Part shown: positions 17,690 through 27,655 of the stretch, in pieces
How the letters are laid out: the number at the start of each line of letters is the position of its first letter
Position numbering within the stretch: position 1 is the first letter of the stretch
Virus record (IMG/VR): IMGVR_UViG_3300017917_002434
Coordinates: 205,731 to 269,730 of that record
Direction: 5' to 3' (one strand)
DNA length: 64,000 nucleotides
Position numbers and translations under genes: made by a program
Notes under the pieces: model-generated
What the model was told of the DNA's origin: nothing
What the model saw: only the letters and a program-made list of their open reading frames with translations
Database searches by the model: none

Positions 17690-18454
17690 ATGAGCCAACT
17701 TGACCAAGAAAAACAGAAAGTATTCGACTACTGCCGTTTGATGCTGGGCGACGGTATGATCGACGTAGAATTAGACCCACAACACTACGAAACAGCGTTA
17801 CAGCGTAGTCTAGGAGTTTTTCGCCAACGTGGTGATAATTCTGTAGAAGAAAGTTTCGCATTTTTGACTTTACAAGAAAATCAAAATGTTTATACACTAC
17901 CAGACGAAATTCAAGTAGTTAGGGAAATATATCGTCGAAGTATTGGATCTAGATCGGGTGGTGGAAACGGCGGTACAGTGTTTGAACCGTTTAACTTGGC
18001 CTATACAAACACTTATCTGTTAAGCTCGACTAATATGGGCGGATTACTAACCTATGAATTATTCGCAGGATATCAGGAACGTGTGGGTAAGATGTTTGGT
18101 AGCTTCATTCAATTTACTTGGCATGCTCAAAGTCGTAAATTAACTATACATCAGCGACCTAGAACAAACGAAGAAATTATGCTTTGGTGTTATAATACAC
18201 GACCGGATGTTGCTATTTTAGTCGATACTTACGCCGGTCAGTGGATCAAAGATTATACATTAGCCAACTGTAAAATAATGCTCGGCCAAGCTCGTGAAAA
18301 ATTTGCCAGTATTGCTGGTCCTCAGGGCGGCACAGCACTCAACGGTGCTAGCATGAAAGCAGAAGGTCAAGCAGACATCGATAGGCTTACAGCAGAATTG
18401 GTTAATTATGTTCCAGGACACGCTAACGCCAGTTATACATTTGTTGTGGGATAA
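17690..18454 (+). CDS. gp13: Neck protein, T4 gp13-like
   Basis: WIKDYTLANCKIMLG..REKF..IAGPQGGTALNG C-terminal signature. Start moved to ATG 17690. Confidence 0.85.
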   Translation: MSQLDQEKQKVFDYCRLMLGDGMIDVELDPQHYETALQRSLGVFRQRGDNSVEESFAFLTLQENQNVYTLPDEIQVVREIYRRSIGSRSGGGNGGTVFEPFNLAYTNTYLLSSTNMGGLLTYELFAGYQERVGKMFGSFIQFTWHAQSRKLTIHQRPRTNEEIMLWCYNTRPDVAILVDTYAGQWIKDYTLANCKIMLGQAREKFASIAGPQGGTALNGASMKAEGQADIDRLTAELVNYVPGHANASYTFVVG

Positions 18455-18456
18455 TT

Positions 18457-18798
18457 ATGCGAGCTAGCGAATTTATATTTGAGAGTGACGAAGAATTCTA
18501 TACCGAAACTGCTAAAATGGTTTGGGGAGTAGGAAAGAAAACTGCTCGGGGCGGTAAAGCTAAATTAAAATTTCGCTGCTCAACAGGTCCGAGAAAAAGT
18601 CGGCAAGTAAGTCATCCTAGTAAATGCGGTCAGCCTATGGATGTAGCAAAAGCTCAAAAAATGAAAACCACCCGTGCCCGTACAAAAACACAGGCGGCTC
18701 GTAGAACAGACCGTACCAAGTCGATCAATACTGCTAGTGTATTAGCTAATAAGCTAAACAATCCCGGTAAGCCAAAAACACCAAAACCTTATTATTAA
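18457..18798 (+). CDS. Small basic protein with capsid-targeting-like N-terminus
   Basis: Starts MRASEFIFE; K/R-rich. Confidence 0.6.
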   Translation: MRASEFIFESDEEFYTETAKMVWGVGKKTARGGKAKLKFRCSTGPRKSRQVSHPSKCGQPMDVAKAQKMKTTRARTKTQAARRTDRTKSINTASVLANKLNNPGKPKTPKPYY

Positions 18799-18801
18799 CG
18801 T

Positions 18802-18830
18802 TTGACAATTTAAATATTCTATTGTATAAT
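18802..18830 (+). promoter_or_regulatory. Consensus sigma70 promoter for dNMP kinase
   Basis: TTGACA-17 bp-TATAAT, followed by a GGAGG RBS and ATG 18850. Confidence 0.85.
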
Positions 18831-18849
18831 AACCTTAATGGAGGATATT

Positions 18850-19509
18850 ATGATCATAGGTATTTGCGGTTTTATTGGCAGCGGCAAAGACACCGTCGCT
18901 GACTATCTTGTAAACTTTCACGAATTTCGCAGAGAGAGTTTTGCCAACACCCTTAAAGATGCTGTAGCAGCCGTATTTGGTTGGGATCGTACTATGCTAG
19001 AAGGCCGTACCAAGGAAGCCCGAGAATGGCGAGAGCAAGTCGACCCTTGGTGGGCAGAACGTCTCGATATGCCTACGCTTACCCCGCGATGGATTCTACA
19101 ATACTGGGGTACGGAAGTCTGCCGTAAAAATTTCCATGATGACATCTGGATCGCTTCATTAGAAAATAAACTCCGCAACTCTAAGGACAATGTCGTGATT
19201 TCAGATTGCCGATTTCCTAACGAGATACAGAGTATTCGTAATGCCGGAGGCATTGTAGTTCGTGTGATCCGCGGTGATGAGCCTGAGTGGTATAACGATG
19301 CTGTAGCAGTTAATCGAGGACCTAAACACCTACGCTGGGCACTGAGTAAAGAAAGATTGAATCAATTTAAAATCCATGCGTCCGAAACAGCATGGGTAGG
19401 TACTAAATTTGATGCTGTATTGGATAATAATGGAAGTATCAGTGACTTGTTTGAAAAGATTGAAGAACTGGTTAAAAATCAGCGACAAGATCTCCCTGTT
19501 TCCATTTAA
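18850..19509 (+). CDS. gp1: Deoxynucleoside monophosphate kinase (T4 gp1-like)
   Basis: P-loop GFIGSGKDT, FANTLKD, LQYWGTE and ISDCRFPNE motifs. Confidence 0.92.
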   Translation: MIIGICGFIGSGKDTVADYLVNFHEFRRESFANTLKDAVAAVFGWDRTMLEGRTKEAREWREQVDPWWAERLDMPTLTPRWILQYWGTEVCRKNFHDDIWIASLENKLRNSKDNVVISDCRFPNEIQSIRNAGGIVVRVIRGDEPEWYNDAVAVNRGPKHLRWALSKERLNQFKIHASETAWVGTKFDAVLDNNGSISDLFEKIEELVKNQRQDLPVSI

Positions 19510-19807
19510 TACCCTCTTTAGCTAATACACGCTGACAGTTAGCACACACTGTTTTAAGATTAGCTACTTTACAGTTATTAAGATCTTCATCAACATGATA
19601 TACTGCGAATACCTCGGGATGCAGTGATTTAAAACCGCATCGATCGCAAGAAGTTTTCTTTCTATAACCTGCCCTATACCATCTAGGTATTCCGTGATAT
19701 TTTCCGTGCTTTAAGCATATCTCACAGAGAGATCTGTAATATATCTTTTTTCCTTTTCGATAGTTTATAGCAGCCGGTCTTTGTCCGCATTTACATAGGG
19801 GTCTCAT
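19472..19807 (-). CDS. HNH endonuclease with N-terminal Zn ribbon
   Basis: CKC..CEIC, CDRC..HVDEDLNNC..NL..VCANC. TAAATA sits 5 nt upstream of the ATG at 19807. Confidence 0.8.
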   Translation of the reverse strand: MRPLCKCGQRPAAINYRKGKKIYYRSLCEICLKHGKYHGIPRWYRAGYRKKTSCDRCGFKSLHPEVFAVYHVDEDLNNCKVANLKTVCANCQRVLAKEGIKWKQGDLVADF

Positions 19808-19923
19808 ATATCTATTTAAGAAAATTGGACCTTTTCTGCCCCTTTTCCTATGGTTTAAACGCTGTGTTTTTTGGTTAGCCGAATAAATATTATACAAGAT
19901 TCAAACCATCAGGAGATAACGGA

Positions 19924-22900
19924 ATGGCACTTAATTCACCAGGTGTAGAGGTTACAGTAATCGATGAGAGTTTTTATACCCCAGCTGAAAGCAGCACAAC
20001 TCCATTGATCGTAATTGCTACCACAGAAAATAAAGCAAATGCTAGCGGAACAGGTACCGCACAGGGTACACTAGCGACTAACGCAGGTAAAGTTTACAGG
20101 GTTTCAAGTCAGAGAGAACTCGTTGATTTCTTTGGCGTACCATCATTTAAGAGAACTATTTCGGGTTCTCCGCTACACGGCGACGAAAGAAACGAATACG
20201 GTTTACAAGCAGCCTACAGTTTCTTAGGTGCTGCTAATTCTGCTTATGTAGTTAGAGCAGCAGTAAATCTCGACGACCTAACTGCGAAATCAGAAATTCC
20301 TGGTTCTGAAGCAACTAGCGGTCAATGGTGGTTAGACACTCAAAGTACTAACTGGGGTATTTTTGAGTGGGACTCTGCTCCTGCTAATTTATCAGGACAG
20401 AAATTCAATAACAAAGTGCCCGTTGTTATCACAGCAGAAGATACAGAAAGTCTCAGCGGTAATGAACCAGCTACTGGTGTAGGCCGTGTAGGAGATTACG
20501 CTATAGTAACAGCGTCTGATGTTATTAGAATCTATTACAAAGGCAAAGATTATACAACAGTAGGTGAACCAGTTTCTTGGGAACTGTTAGGTACTAAAGA
20601 ATGGCGTAAATTTTGGCCAGCATTTACAGCAGAAATCGACGGCCACTCAGCTAAAGTAAGTTCGTCTACATTCATTATCAATGGTGTACAGATCAACGTG
20701 CCAGCCTACACAACTGTTAGCGGAATGGTAACATTGATCAATAACGCATTAGTTCAAGGTGTTAGAGCAGCTAATGTAAATGGTTTTGTAACCCTATATA
20801 TTACTGATACTACAGACGACATGGTAGGTGATTCCACAGGTAGTAACGCTCTTGTGTTACAAGATGGTTCGGCCACTGTATTGAGTTTGTTTGGTGTTGC
20901 TGCTGGAACATATTACGGACCAGAATTAACTATGGCTCCGCACACTCAAGTTCCTCAGTGGAAATCAAACGCTGCTATTTCAAGACCAAGCGGTTCTATC
21001 TGGGTTAAAACAACTGATCCTAACCTAGGAGCACGTTGGAGAGTAAAACGCTGGAACAGCAGTTCTAAATCATGGTTAGAAGTAGCTGCTCCATTAGCTG
21101 CTAATGCCCAAGGTGCTATTTTCGGTGTTAACAAAACAGGTGGTGGTGCCGGTATTGACAAAGACACAGTTTATGTTCAGTACAATTACACCGAAGATAC
21201 AGGTTACGATAATACTCCACAAACAGCAAGTTTTAAAATTTTTGTAAGAAAGAATAAAGGAGTAACTTCAGCAACATCTGACGTTATCGGAGCAGGAACA
21301 TTTAGCGGCTCTTACACATTTAGTATGAGAGAAAGCCTAGTTAATAGTGCTAGTCTATCAAGTCCTATTTCAATATCATTTACAGCAGCAGGAACTGGTG
21401 CTGACGCAAATACACTCCGTACAGCAATCAACAATGCTGGATTCGTTAATGTCGAAGCTACTGTATTAGACGGTAAAATTACTATTACACACAAACTAGG
21501 CGGAGAGATTAGAATTGTAGACGGTAACGATTTATTCACCGATGCCGGTTTTGTTGAATTTGATGTAACAGACTCTACAGGAACTCCGAACTTTTACGGT
21601 TCTCCGAGTGTCAGCAGCGATTTTGACTATGTAATCAGTAACTATATGCCAATGTCTGGAACATCTACAGGATATGTAGCATCACCAGATGCTCCATTGA
21701 ATGATCCAGCTGACGGTCAAAGATGGTTTAACAGTCTGATCGATCAAGCCGACATTATGATCCATAATGGTTCAGCATGGGTTGGTTACAGATACAGTGG
21801 TTCTGGTGGTATCGCTACTACAGCATCACCAGTATACGCCAACGGTACAGATCCTCTAGGTCCTATTGTTAACAGCACTAGACCTTTGCTACAAAGCGAT
21901 GGAACTGCTCTAGTAACTGGCGACCTATGGATTGATTCTAGTGATTTAGAAAACTATCCAGTCATTTACAGATACCAAGACGGTTTAACTGATCAAGTAG
22001 CTAATAACTGGGTGCTGATCGATAAGAGTGATAGCACATCAGAAGATGGTATTGTGTTTGCTGATGCTCGTTGGGATCTAAACGGAGAGTCTAAAGATCC
22101 TGCGACGATCGTAGAATTGCTATCTAGTGATTTTGTTGATTACGATGCTCCAGATCCGGACTTATATCCAAGAGGCATCCTACTATTCAATACTCGCAGA
22201 AGCGGTTTCAATATCAAGAGATATGTAAGAAATCATGTTGATACATCAGCAGATAATCTACGCTACGGTGACGAATCGATGATAGATTACGAACCAGCAC
22301 GTTGGGTTTCTGATTCTGGTTCAGCGTTTGGAAGAAAAGCACAACGACAAGTTGTTGTTACTGCGTTGAAAGGATTGTTAAATTCTAATACTGAAATCCG
22401 TGAGGACGAAGTACGTAATTTCAATCTAATATCTACTCCTGGATATCCAGAAGTTCTACAAGAAATGATTGCGTTGAACATAGACAGAGGCACTACAGCA
22501 TTTGTTGTCGCAGACGCACCATTTAGATTATTACCAGACACTAATTCATTGAATAACTGGGGTAAAAATCTTGCTAATGCTGCCGATAATGGCGATGTAG
22601 GATTAAGAAGCTCAGACCCTTATGCTGGCATATTCTATCCAGCAGGGTTAACCAGCGATAACAACGGAAACACTATCATGGTTCCACCAAGTCATATGAT
22701 GCTTAGAACTATAGCATTAAATGATCAAGTGTCATATCCATGGTTCGCTCCAGCTGGAATTAGAAGAGGTGGTATTAATAATGCTACGGCGGTCGGTTAC
22801 TTAGAAAGCAAAACCGGAACATTTAAACCAGTATCATTGACCGAAGGGCAGCGTGATACAATGGCTAACATTAAGGTTAATCCTTTAACATTCTTTAATG

Positions 22901-23283
22901 GTGTTGGACTTGTAAATTACGGTCAGAAAACTCTAGCTTCGGGTTCATCGGCTTTAGATAGAATTAATGTATCACGTTTAGTAATCTACCTACGTAGTCA
23001 GTTGAGTAAACTTGCTAAACCTTATGTTTTCGAGCCAAATGATAAGTTAACTAGAGATGAGATTAGACAAGCCGTTGAAAGCCTGTTGTTAGAGCTTGTA
23101 GGTCTACGTGCTATCTATGATTACGCTGTTGTATGTGATGAAACAAACAATACTCCAGCAAGAATCGATCGCAACGAACTATATGTAGACATCGCAATAG
23201 AACCAGTAAAAGCTATTGAATTTATCTACATCCCGTTGAGATTGAAAAATACAGGGGAGATAGCGGCATCGAGAGCAGCATAA
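19924..23283 (+). CDS. gp18: Contractile tail sheath protein (gp18-like, 1119 aa)
   Basis: SPGVEVTVIDES N-terminus; C-terminal WFAPAGIRRG, RINVSRL, FEPND and IDRNELYVDIAIEPVKAIEFIYI. Confidence 0.95.
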   Translation: MALNSPGVEVTVIDESFYTPAESSTTPLIVIATTENKANASGTGTAQGTLATNAGKVYRVSSQRELVDFFGVPSFKRTISGSPLHGDERNEYGLQAAYSFLGAANSAYVVRAAVNLDDLTAKSEIPGSEATSGQWWLDTQSTNWGIFEWDSAPANLSGQKFNNKVPVVITAEDTESLSGNEPATGVGRVGDYAIVTASDVIRIYYKGKDYTTVGEPVSWELLGTKEWRKFWPAFTAEIDGHSAKVSSSTFIINGVQINVPAYTTVSGMVTLINNALVQGVRAANVNGFVTLYITDTTDDMVGDSTGSNALVLQDGSATVLSLFGVAAGTYYGPELTMAPHTQVPQWKSNAAISRPSGSIWVKTTDPNLGARWRVKRWNSSSKSWLEVAAPLAANAQGAIFGVNKTGGGAGIDKDTVYVQYNYTEDTGYDNTPQTASFKIFVRKNKGVTSATSDVIGAGTFSGSYTFSMRESLVNSASLSSPISISFTAAGTGADANTLRTAINNAGFVNVEATVLDGKITITHKLGGEIRIVDGNDLFTDAGFVEFDVTDSTGTPNFYGSPSVSSDFDYVISNYMPMSGTSTGYVASPDAPLNDPADGQRWFNSLIDQADIMIHNGSAWVGYRYSGSGGIATTASPVYANGTDPLGPIVNSTRPLLQSDGTALVTGDLWIDSSDLENYPVIYRYQDGLTDQVANNWVLIDKSDSTSEDGIVFADARWDLNGESKDPATIVELLSSDFVDYDAPDPDLYPRGILLFNTRRSGFNIKRYVRNHVDTSADNLRYGDESMIDYEPARWVSDSGSAFGRKAQRQVVVTALKGLLNSNTEIREDEVRNFNLISTPGYPEVLQEMIALNIDRGTTAFVVADAPFRLLPDTNSLNNWGKNLANAADNGDVGLRSSDPYAGIFYPAGLTSDNNGNTIMVPPSHMMLRTIALNDQVSYPWFAPAGIRRGGINNATAVGYLESKTGTFKPVSLTEGQRDTMANIKVNPLTFFNGVGLVNYGQKTLASGSSALDRINVSRLVIYLRSQLSKLAKPYVFEPNDKLTRDEIRQAVESLLLELVGLRAIYDYAVVCDETNNTPARIDRNELYVDIAIEPVKAIEFIYIPLRLKNTGEIAASRAA

Positions 23284-23286
23284 TTT

Positions 23287-23308
23287 GATGGGGGAGAAAT
23301 CCCCTATC
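23287..23308 (+). other. GNRA-capped stem-loop between sheath and tube genes
   Basis: GATGGGGGA-GAAA-TCCCCTATC with no U-tract; a possible mRNA stabiliser or weak terminator. Confidence 0.5.
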
Positions 23309-23344
23309 AACAAATGATAAATAACAATACCGGAGCATAAGAAT

Positions 23345-23974
23345 ATGGCAATTTCAACACTATCAAAATTAACAGTACCTTTAGCAACAGACGCTTCGTC
23401 TAGTGCTCAGGGTTTGTTAATGCCCAAGCTAAAGTATAGATTTAGGGTAGTCTTACAAGGCTTCGGGGCAAACGGAACAGTAGCAACCGAATTAACAAAA
23501 CAAGTAAACGATATTACTCGCCCTAAAGTAAACTTTGAAGAAATAGAACTTCCAGTTTACAACTCAAGAGTGTATCTAGCAGGTAGACATAACTGGGAAC
23601 CAGTAACATTAAATGTAAGAGATGATGCTACAGGGTCTATACAACGTCTTTGCGGCGAGCAAATCCAGAAACAATTTGACTTTTTTGAACAGTCAGGAGC
23701 AGCGTCAGCCCAAGATTATAAGTTTGTTACTTTAATCGAAGTATTAGATGGCGGTAACGGAGCCCAAACACCAAACGTTCTAGAAACTTTTGAATTGTAT
23801 GGTTGTTTTGTACAGAACATCGACTACGGCGATTTAAATTACACATCAAACGAACCAGCAATGATCGCATTGTCTATTCGTTATGATAACGCAATCCAGT
23901 ACAAAGGCGGCGGCGTTGACGGTATCGGTAGAAATATTGGTGCTAGAACAGTCGGTACTTTGGCGACAGGTTAA
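23345..23974 (+). CDS. gp19: Tail tube protein (gp19-like)
   Basis: Follows the sheath gene. KYRFRV, YLAGRHNWEPVTL..RDD and LYGCF..DYGDLNY motifs. Confidence 0.9.
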   Translation: MAISTLSKLTVPLATDASSSAQGLLMPKLKYRFRVVLQGFGANGTVATELTKQVNDITRPKVNFEEIELPVYNSRVYLAGRHNWEPVTLNVRDDATGSIQRLCGEQIQKQFDFFEQSGAASAQDYKFVTLIEVLDGGNGAQTPNVLETFELYGCFVQNIDYGDLNYTSNEPAMIALSIRYDNAIQYKGGGVDGIGRNIGARTVGTLATG

Positions 23975-23992
23975 TAGCCGAAAAAATAAATC

Positions 23993-24018
23993 AAGCCCGG
24001 AATTCCCGGGCTTTTTTT
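23993..24018 (+). terminator. Rho-independent terminator
   Basis: AAGCCCGG-AATTC-CCGGGCTT followed by a T-run. Confidence 0.85.
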
Positions 24019-24034
24019 ATCACTAAATAATATT

Positions 24035-25159
24035 ATGTCAGACAAATTCACTAGATTTTTAAAGGGAGTAGGTCAAGGTATTACCAATCCTAAAGGTAAC
24101 CTAGGCGATGCTCGTCACGCGGCTCGATTGTATATAGACAATCAGTATACAAGAGCACCGAGAACAAAATTTTTATATCATGTACAATTTAATATAAATC
24201 GTCCAGCAGTTCTCTCTGCGAATTTTTTAAAGCTTCATCAAAAAACGATTGATATGATGGTTAAACAGGCAGACTTGCCTAAGATAACATTAGAACACGA
24301 AATAAAAAATCAATATAATAGAAAAAAAGTTATCTACAAAGATATAAAATATGAAGGTCTTAATATTGTATTTCACGATGACAACCTCGGTGTGATTAAC
24401 GCTCTCTGGGCACAATACCTATCGTGGTATTCCAATGAAAGATTATTGCCTCCCACATTCTGGACTCAGACAAATGGCCCCTACTCTCCCTTAGATGGGA
24501 CTCAATCCGGAGACGAAAGAATTGCGATAACCGGAGCAGCGGCCGGAGCAGATGATCCTCAATCCGGAACTGTTCGATACGGACTAGATGTGCCAAAAAA
24601 GGCGTTCGTAAGACCGTTTTTTGATTCGATAACCATCTATACATTGAGCAGGAAAAAATTTAATTCTTATACATTGATTAATCCGCATATAACTAGTTGG
24701 AATCATGGAAACGTAGATCAAGCTTCTAATAACGGAACCATCGAAGCAACTATGAACATAGTCTATGAAACTGTGCTATACGGCACCGGCAGCATCGTTA
24801 AAGGAACCTCGGCTACAGCGGCATTACCGAGACAGTTTACTGATCTGTATTACGATAAAACACCTAGCCCATTGACTATACAGGGCGGACAGCTCACTAG
24901 TCTTTTTGGCCCGGGCGGTTTGCTTAACGCAGGATCGAGTATCATCGAGGATGCTCCATTAATATACGGAGTAGGTAATGTTCAAGGGGATATTACAGGC
25001 TCGTCTGGTCTTGAACAGGCCATTAAAGCAATTAATCTTTACAAGAGTTTAGCATCATTACGGCCCGAAAATCTCATAGCTGAAGCCACTAATATTATTT
25101 TAACTCCGGGTGCTGTCGGTAATGCTGTAAGCGGAATCCCCGGAGTCCGCTTCAAATAA
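24035..25159 (+). CDS. Tail-tube-fold baseplate/tube initiator (gp48/gp54-like)
   Basis: DLPK..QYNRKK..Y..I.FHDD..INPHITSW tube-like motifs; late promoter; synteny. Confidence 0.65.
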   Translation: MSDKFTRFLKGVGQGITNPKGNLGDARHAARLYIDNQYTRAPRTKFLYHVQFNINRPAVLSANFLKLHQKTIDMMVKQADLPKITLEHEIKNQYNRKKVIYKDIKYEGLNIVFHDDNLGVINALWAQYLSWYSNERLLPPTFWTQTNGPYSPLDGTQSGDERIAITGAAAGADDPQSGTVRYGLDVPKKAFVRPFFDSITIYTLSRKKFNSYTLINPHITSWNHGNVDQASNNGTIEATMNIVYETVLYGTGSIVKGTSATAALPRQFTDLYYDKTPSPLTIQGGQLTSLFGPGGLLNAGSSIIEDAPLIYGVGNVQGDITGSSGLEQAIKAINLYKSLASLRPENLIAEATNIILTPGAVGNAVSGIPGVRFK

Positions 25160-25174
25160 ATTTAAAATCAACAT

Positions 25175-25552
25175 ATGGATAAAGTTTTAACAAATCTACC
25201 GCAAAGCGAATCGATCGATAGTGCTAATCGTACTAAGACGTATCTTAATAACTTTGGTAACAACGGAGAAGAATACCTTAGTGCCGAAGTAGATGCTACT
25301 ATAGGATTCTTAACTAATAAGGGATTTGGTATCGAAGCTGCTTCAGTTACAGCGATCGTTCTTCTACAACAGGCTAAAAGGGACGGCTTTCCTGTTTTTA
25401 AATTACTAGAAACATTACAATCATTAAATCAACTAGAACTCTCAGGTCTAGTGGCAGAAATATTAAATCTTAATCGTAGCCAAACTTCTAGATTAGGATT
25501 TCGAACAGCTATATCTGCTAATCAAATCAAACTTAGAAATATCAGAGCATAA
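25175..25552 (+). CDS. Hypothetical protein
   Basis: ORF coupled (TAATG) to gp4. Confidence 0.65.
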   Translation: MDKVLTNLPQSESIDSANRTKTYLNNFGNNGEEYLSAEVDATIGFLTNKGFGIEAASVTAIVLLQQAKRDGFPVFKLLETLQSLNQLELSGLVAEILNLNRSQTSRLGFRTAISANQIKLRNIRA

Positions 25553-25992
25553 TGGTACGGTTCGCCCAGGGAAAATTCGAGATGAAGAATCCCGACAAAT
25601 ACATCGGGAAAAAAACACCACTGGCACGTAGTTCATGGGAGTTTGTTTTCATGCGTATGTTAGACGAACACCCGGGAGTTGAGAAATGGGCGAGCGAAAG
25701 TATACAGATTCCTTATAGAGATCCACTAACAGGCAAATATACAATATATGTGCCTGATTTTTTTATCGTGTACAACGATAAGGGTGGAAAAAAACATGCC
25801 GAGGTCGTTGAAGTAAAACCGAGCAATCATATGTTCTTAGAAAAAGTAGGAAAAAGTAGATACAATCAAGAGCAGTATGTAAAAAACATGGCTAAGTGGG
25901 AAGCGGCAAACGCTTGGTGTAAACAACAGGGTATAAAGTTTAGAGTAGTCAACGAAGACGATATTTTCCACAAAGGCTCAAAACGCAGATAA
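25552..25992 (+). CDS. gp4: Head completion nuclease (T4 gp4-like, TnsA-N fold)
   Basis: RSSWE..FM..LD..WASE.I.IPY..YVPDF..EVKP PD-(D/E)xK motif. Confidence 0.85.
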   Translation: MVRFAQGKFEMKNPDKYIGKKTPLARSSWEFVFMRMLDEHPGVEKWASESIQIPYRDPLTGKYTIYVPDFFIVYNDKGGKKHAEVVEVKPSNHMFLEKVGKSRYNQEQYVKNMAKWEAANAWCKQQGIKFRVVNEDDIFHKGSKRR

Positions 25993-25999
25993 GTATAGT

Positions 26000-26482
26000 A
26001 TGACGAAAAAACTTGAAGAACTATTCAATTTAGAGGATACTAGGAACGTAGAAGTTAAGGTTCCTGTAATCGAAGAATCTAAGGATGAAGTACGGGATCT
26101 AGAACGTAGTTATAGGGAAGTCGATGCTATAGCTGGACAATTACCGGCTATCGCAGATCTAGAAAATCTCGGAGAAAACGAACTTGATGCGTTAGCAAAA
26201 AAAGCCGAAGAAGCCTATGATGATCTCATGGATTTAGGCATGAATGTAGAAGTACGATACAGCGGAAGAATTTTTGAAGTAGCAGGAACTATGCTTAAAA
26301 ATGCCATAGATGCTAAATCTGCTAAAATTGACAAAAAGCTCAAAGCTATAGATGCTAAATTGAAAAAATTAAAAATTGACAAAGATGCTGGCGACGAGGA
26401 TCCTAATAGTATGCTTAACGGGCAGGCCTTTGTCATAACCGATCGCAACGAGTTATTGAAAAAACTCCAAGGAAAGGAATAA
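26000..26482 (+). CDS. Probable terminase small subunit (gp16-like)
   Basis: Helical, FEVAGTMLKNAIDA core and a C-terminal FVITDRNELLKKL strand-helix; lies upstream of the large terminase. Confidence 0.5.
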   Translation: MTKKLEELFNLEDTRNVEVKVPVIEESKDEVRDLERSYREVDAIAGQLPAIADLENLGENELDALAKKAEEAYDDLMDLGMNVEVRYSGRIFEVAGTMLKNAIDAKSAKIDKKLKAIDAKLKKLKIDKDAGDEDPNSMLNGQAFVITDRNELLKKLQGKE

Positions 26483-26490
26483 ATACTGAT

Positions 26491-27054
26491 ATGAAAACAC
26501 TAAAAGATTACCTAGCTGAGAGTAAAAAAACCTACGGATTTCGCATCAAAGTAGCAGGTCCCTTGCCAGAAGGCTTTGAAGATAGAGCCAAAGCAAAAAT
26601 GGGCAAATACGGCTGCGGCAAATTTGAAAAGGTTGCTACTACTCCTATCCAAAAAACTGCTCTAGAGTTCCTAGACCTATCAAACATTGAAGTTACTGTT
26701 TTTGAGTGTGAGTGTTCATACCCAGTAACACCACAGCAGGTACAGGTAGATATCCATGAGTCTACTGGTATTTCTAATACTCATCTAAGAGTTAGAAATG
26801 TTAATGATCCATTTGAACAAGCAGAACCCCTAGGCGATCCTAGTGGAAAAGCATTGTTAAATGACAGCGAATTAAAAGATGCTGAAAAAATCAAACACAA
26901 AGAAAATTTTGGAAATGAATTTACAGCATCGTTCTTGAAAGATATTGCTAAAGTCAGCAAAGAAAGAACAAAAGAATCAAATCAGGGCGAATATAAGATG
27001 CCCAAAACACCTAAACAAGATAAAGCAGGCATGAAAAGTGCCTTGGGGAGTTAA
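26491..27054 (+). CDS. Putative head internal protein
   Basis: Starts MKTLKDYLAE (capsid-targeting-like); TAAATA late box 5 nt upstream. Confidence 0.55.
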   Translation: MKTLKDYLAESKKTYGFRIKVAGPLPEGFEDRAKAKMGKYGCGKFEKVATTPIQKTALEFLDLSNIEVTVFECECSYPVTPQQVQVDIHESTGISNTHLRVRNVNDPFEQAEPLGDPSGKALLNDSELKDAEKIKHKENFGNEFTASFLKDIAKVSKERTKESNQGEYKMPKTPKQDKAGMKSALGS

Positions 27055-27055
27055 T

Positions 27056-27598
27056 ATGGATTTTAAAGCTATACTAGAAAAGATGGCCGAACTAGATGCT
27101 AGTAAGGTATCAGAGGAGTGTGGCATGCCCATGACATCCTCAGCACCAAACACAGCACCACCGTCGATGAGTATTAATCTTAATGCTCAGGGACTAGATA
27201 ATATTCAATCGTTAATGCAATTGATTAACAAAGTCAATCCTAGCATGTCAACACCGATGGGAGGAAACAGTTCCGAGCCCACATTGCCGATGGTCAAACC
27301 TGAGCCTTCGATGGCATCTTTAAGAGACAAACTCTTACCTAAAGAGCCGCCAAAATTAGCAGATAACGACATCGATCCAATGGATAACATGGATCGCGAA
27401 GAGGAATCATTTGCTAACGCACCAGACGGAGCATCAGAGCCCGAAATCAAACCTATGAGTGCTGCGGTACCAAATGGGGACGACTTACATCGTAAGAAAC
27501 GACAATTCCCTGCTACACAGCCCGGTGATAATCCAATGGCTGTAGAAAATATCAAAGCACAACTAGAAGCTCTGTTAGCAGAAATTAAATCTAAATAA
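27056..27598 (+). CDS. Putative head internal/scaffold-like low-complexity protein
   Basis: Starts MDFKAILE; Pro/Met/Asp-rich, likely disordered core. Start moved to ATG 27056. Confidence 0.55.
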   Translation: MDFKAILEKMAELDASKVSEECGMPMTSSAPNTAPPSMSINLNAQGLDNIQSLMQLINKVNPSMSTPMGGNSSEPTLPMVKPEPSMASLRDKLLPKEPPKLADNDIDPMDNMDREEESFANAPDGASEPEIKPMSAAVPNGDDLHRKKRQFPATQPGDNPMAVENIKAQLEALLAEIKSK

Positions 27599-27613
27599 TT
27601 TCGCAGTTAAACC

Positions 27614-27641
27614 AAATAGGCTCTTCGGAGCCTATTTTTTT
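27614..27641 (+). terminator. Rho-independent terminator (UUCG loop)
   Basis: AAATAGGCTC-TTCG-GAGCCTATTT followed by TTTT. Confidence 0.9.
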
Positions 27642-27655
27642 CATTAAATAGTTGT

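Noticed and set aside
17549-17707. Apparent head-to-head overlap of gp13 and gp14 ORFs in the track
   Set aside because: It is an artefact of upstream in-frame starts; the true starts are probably 17690 (+) and 17656 (-), separated by divergent late promoters.
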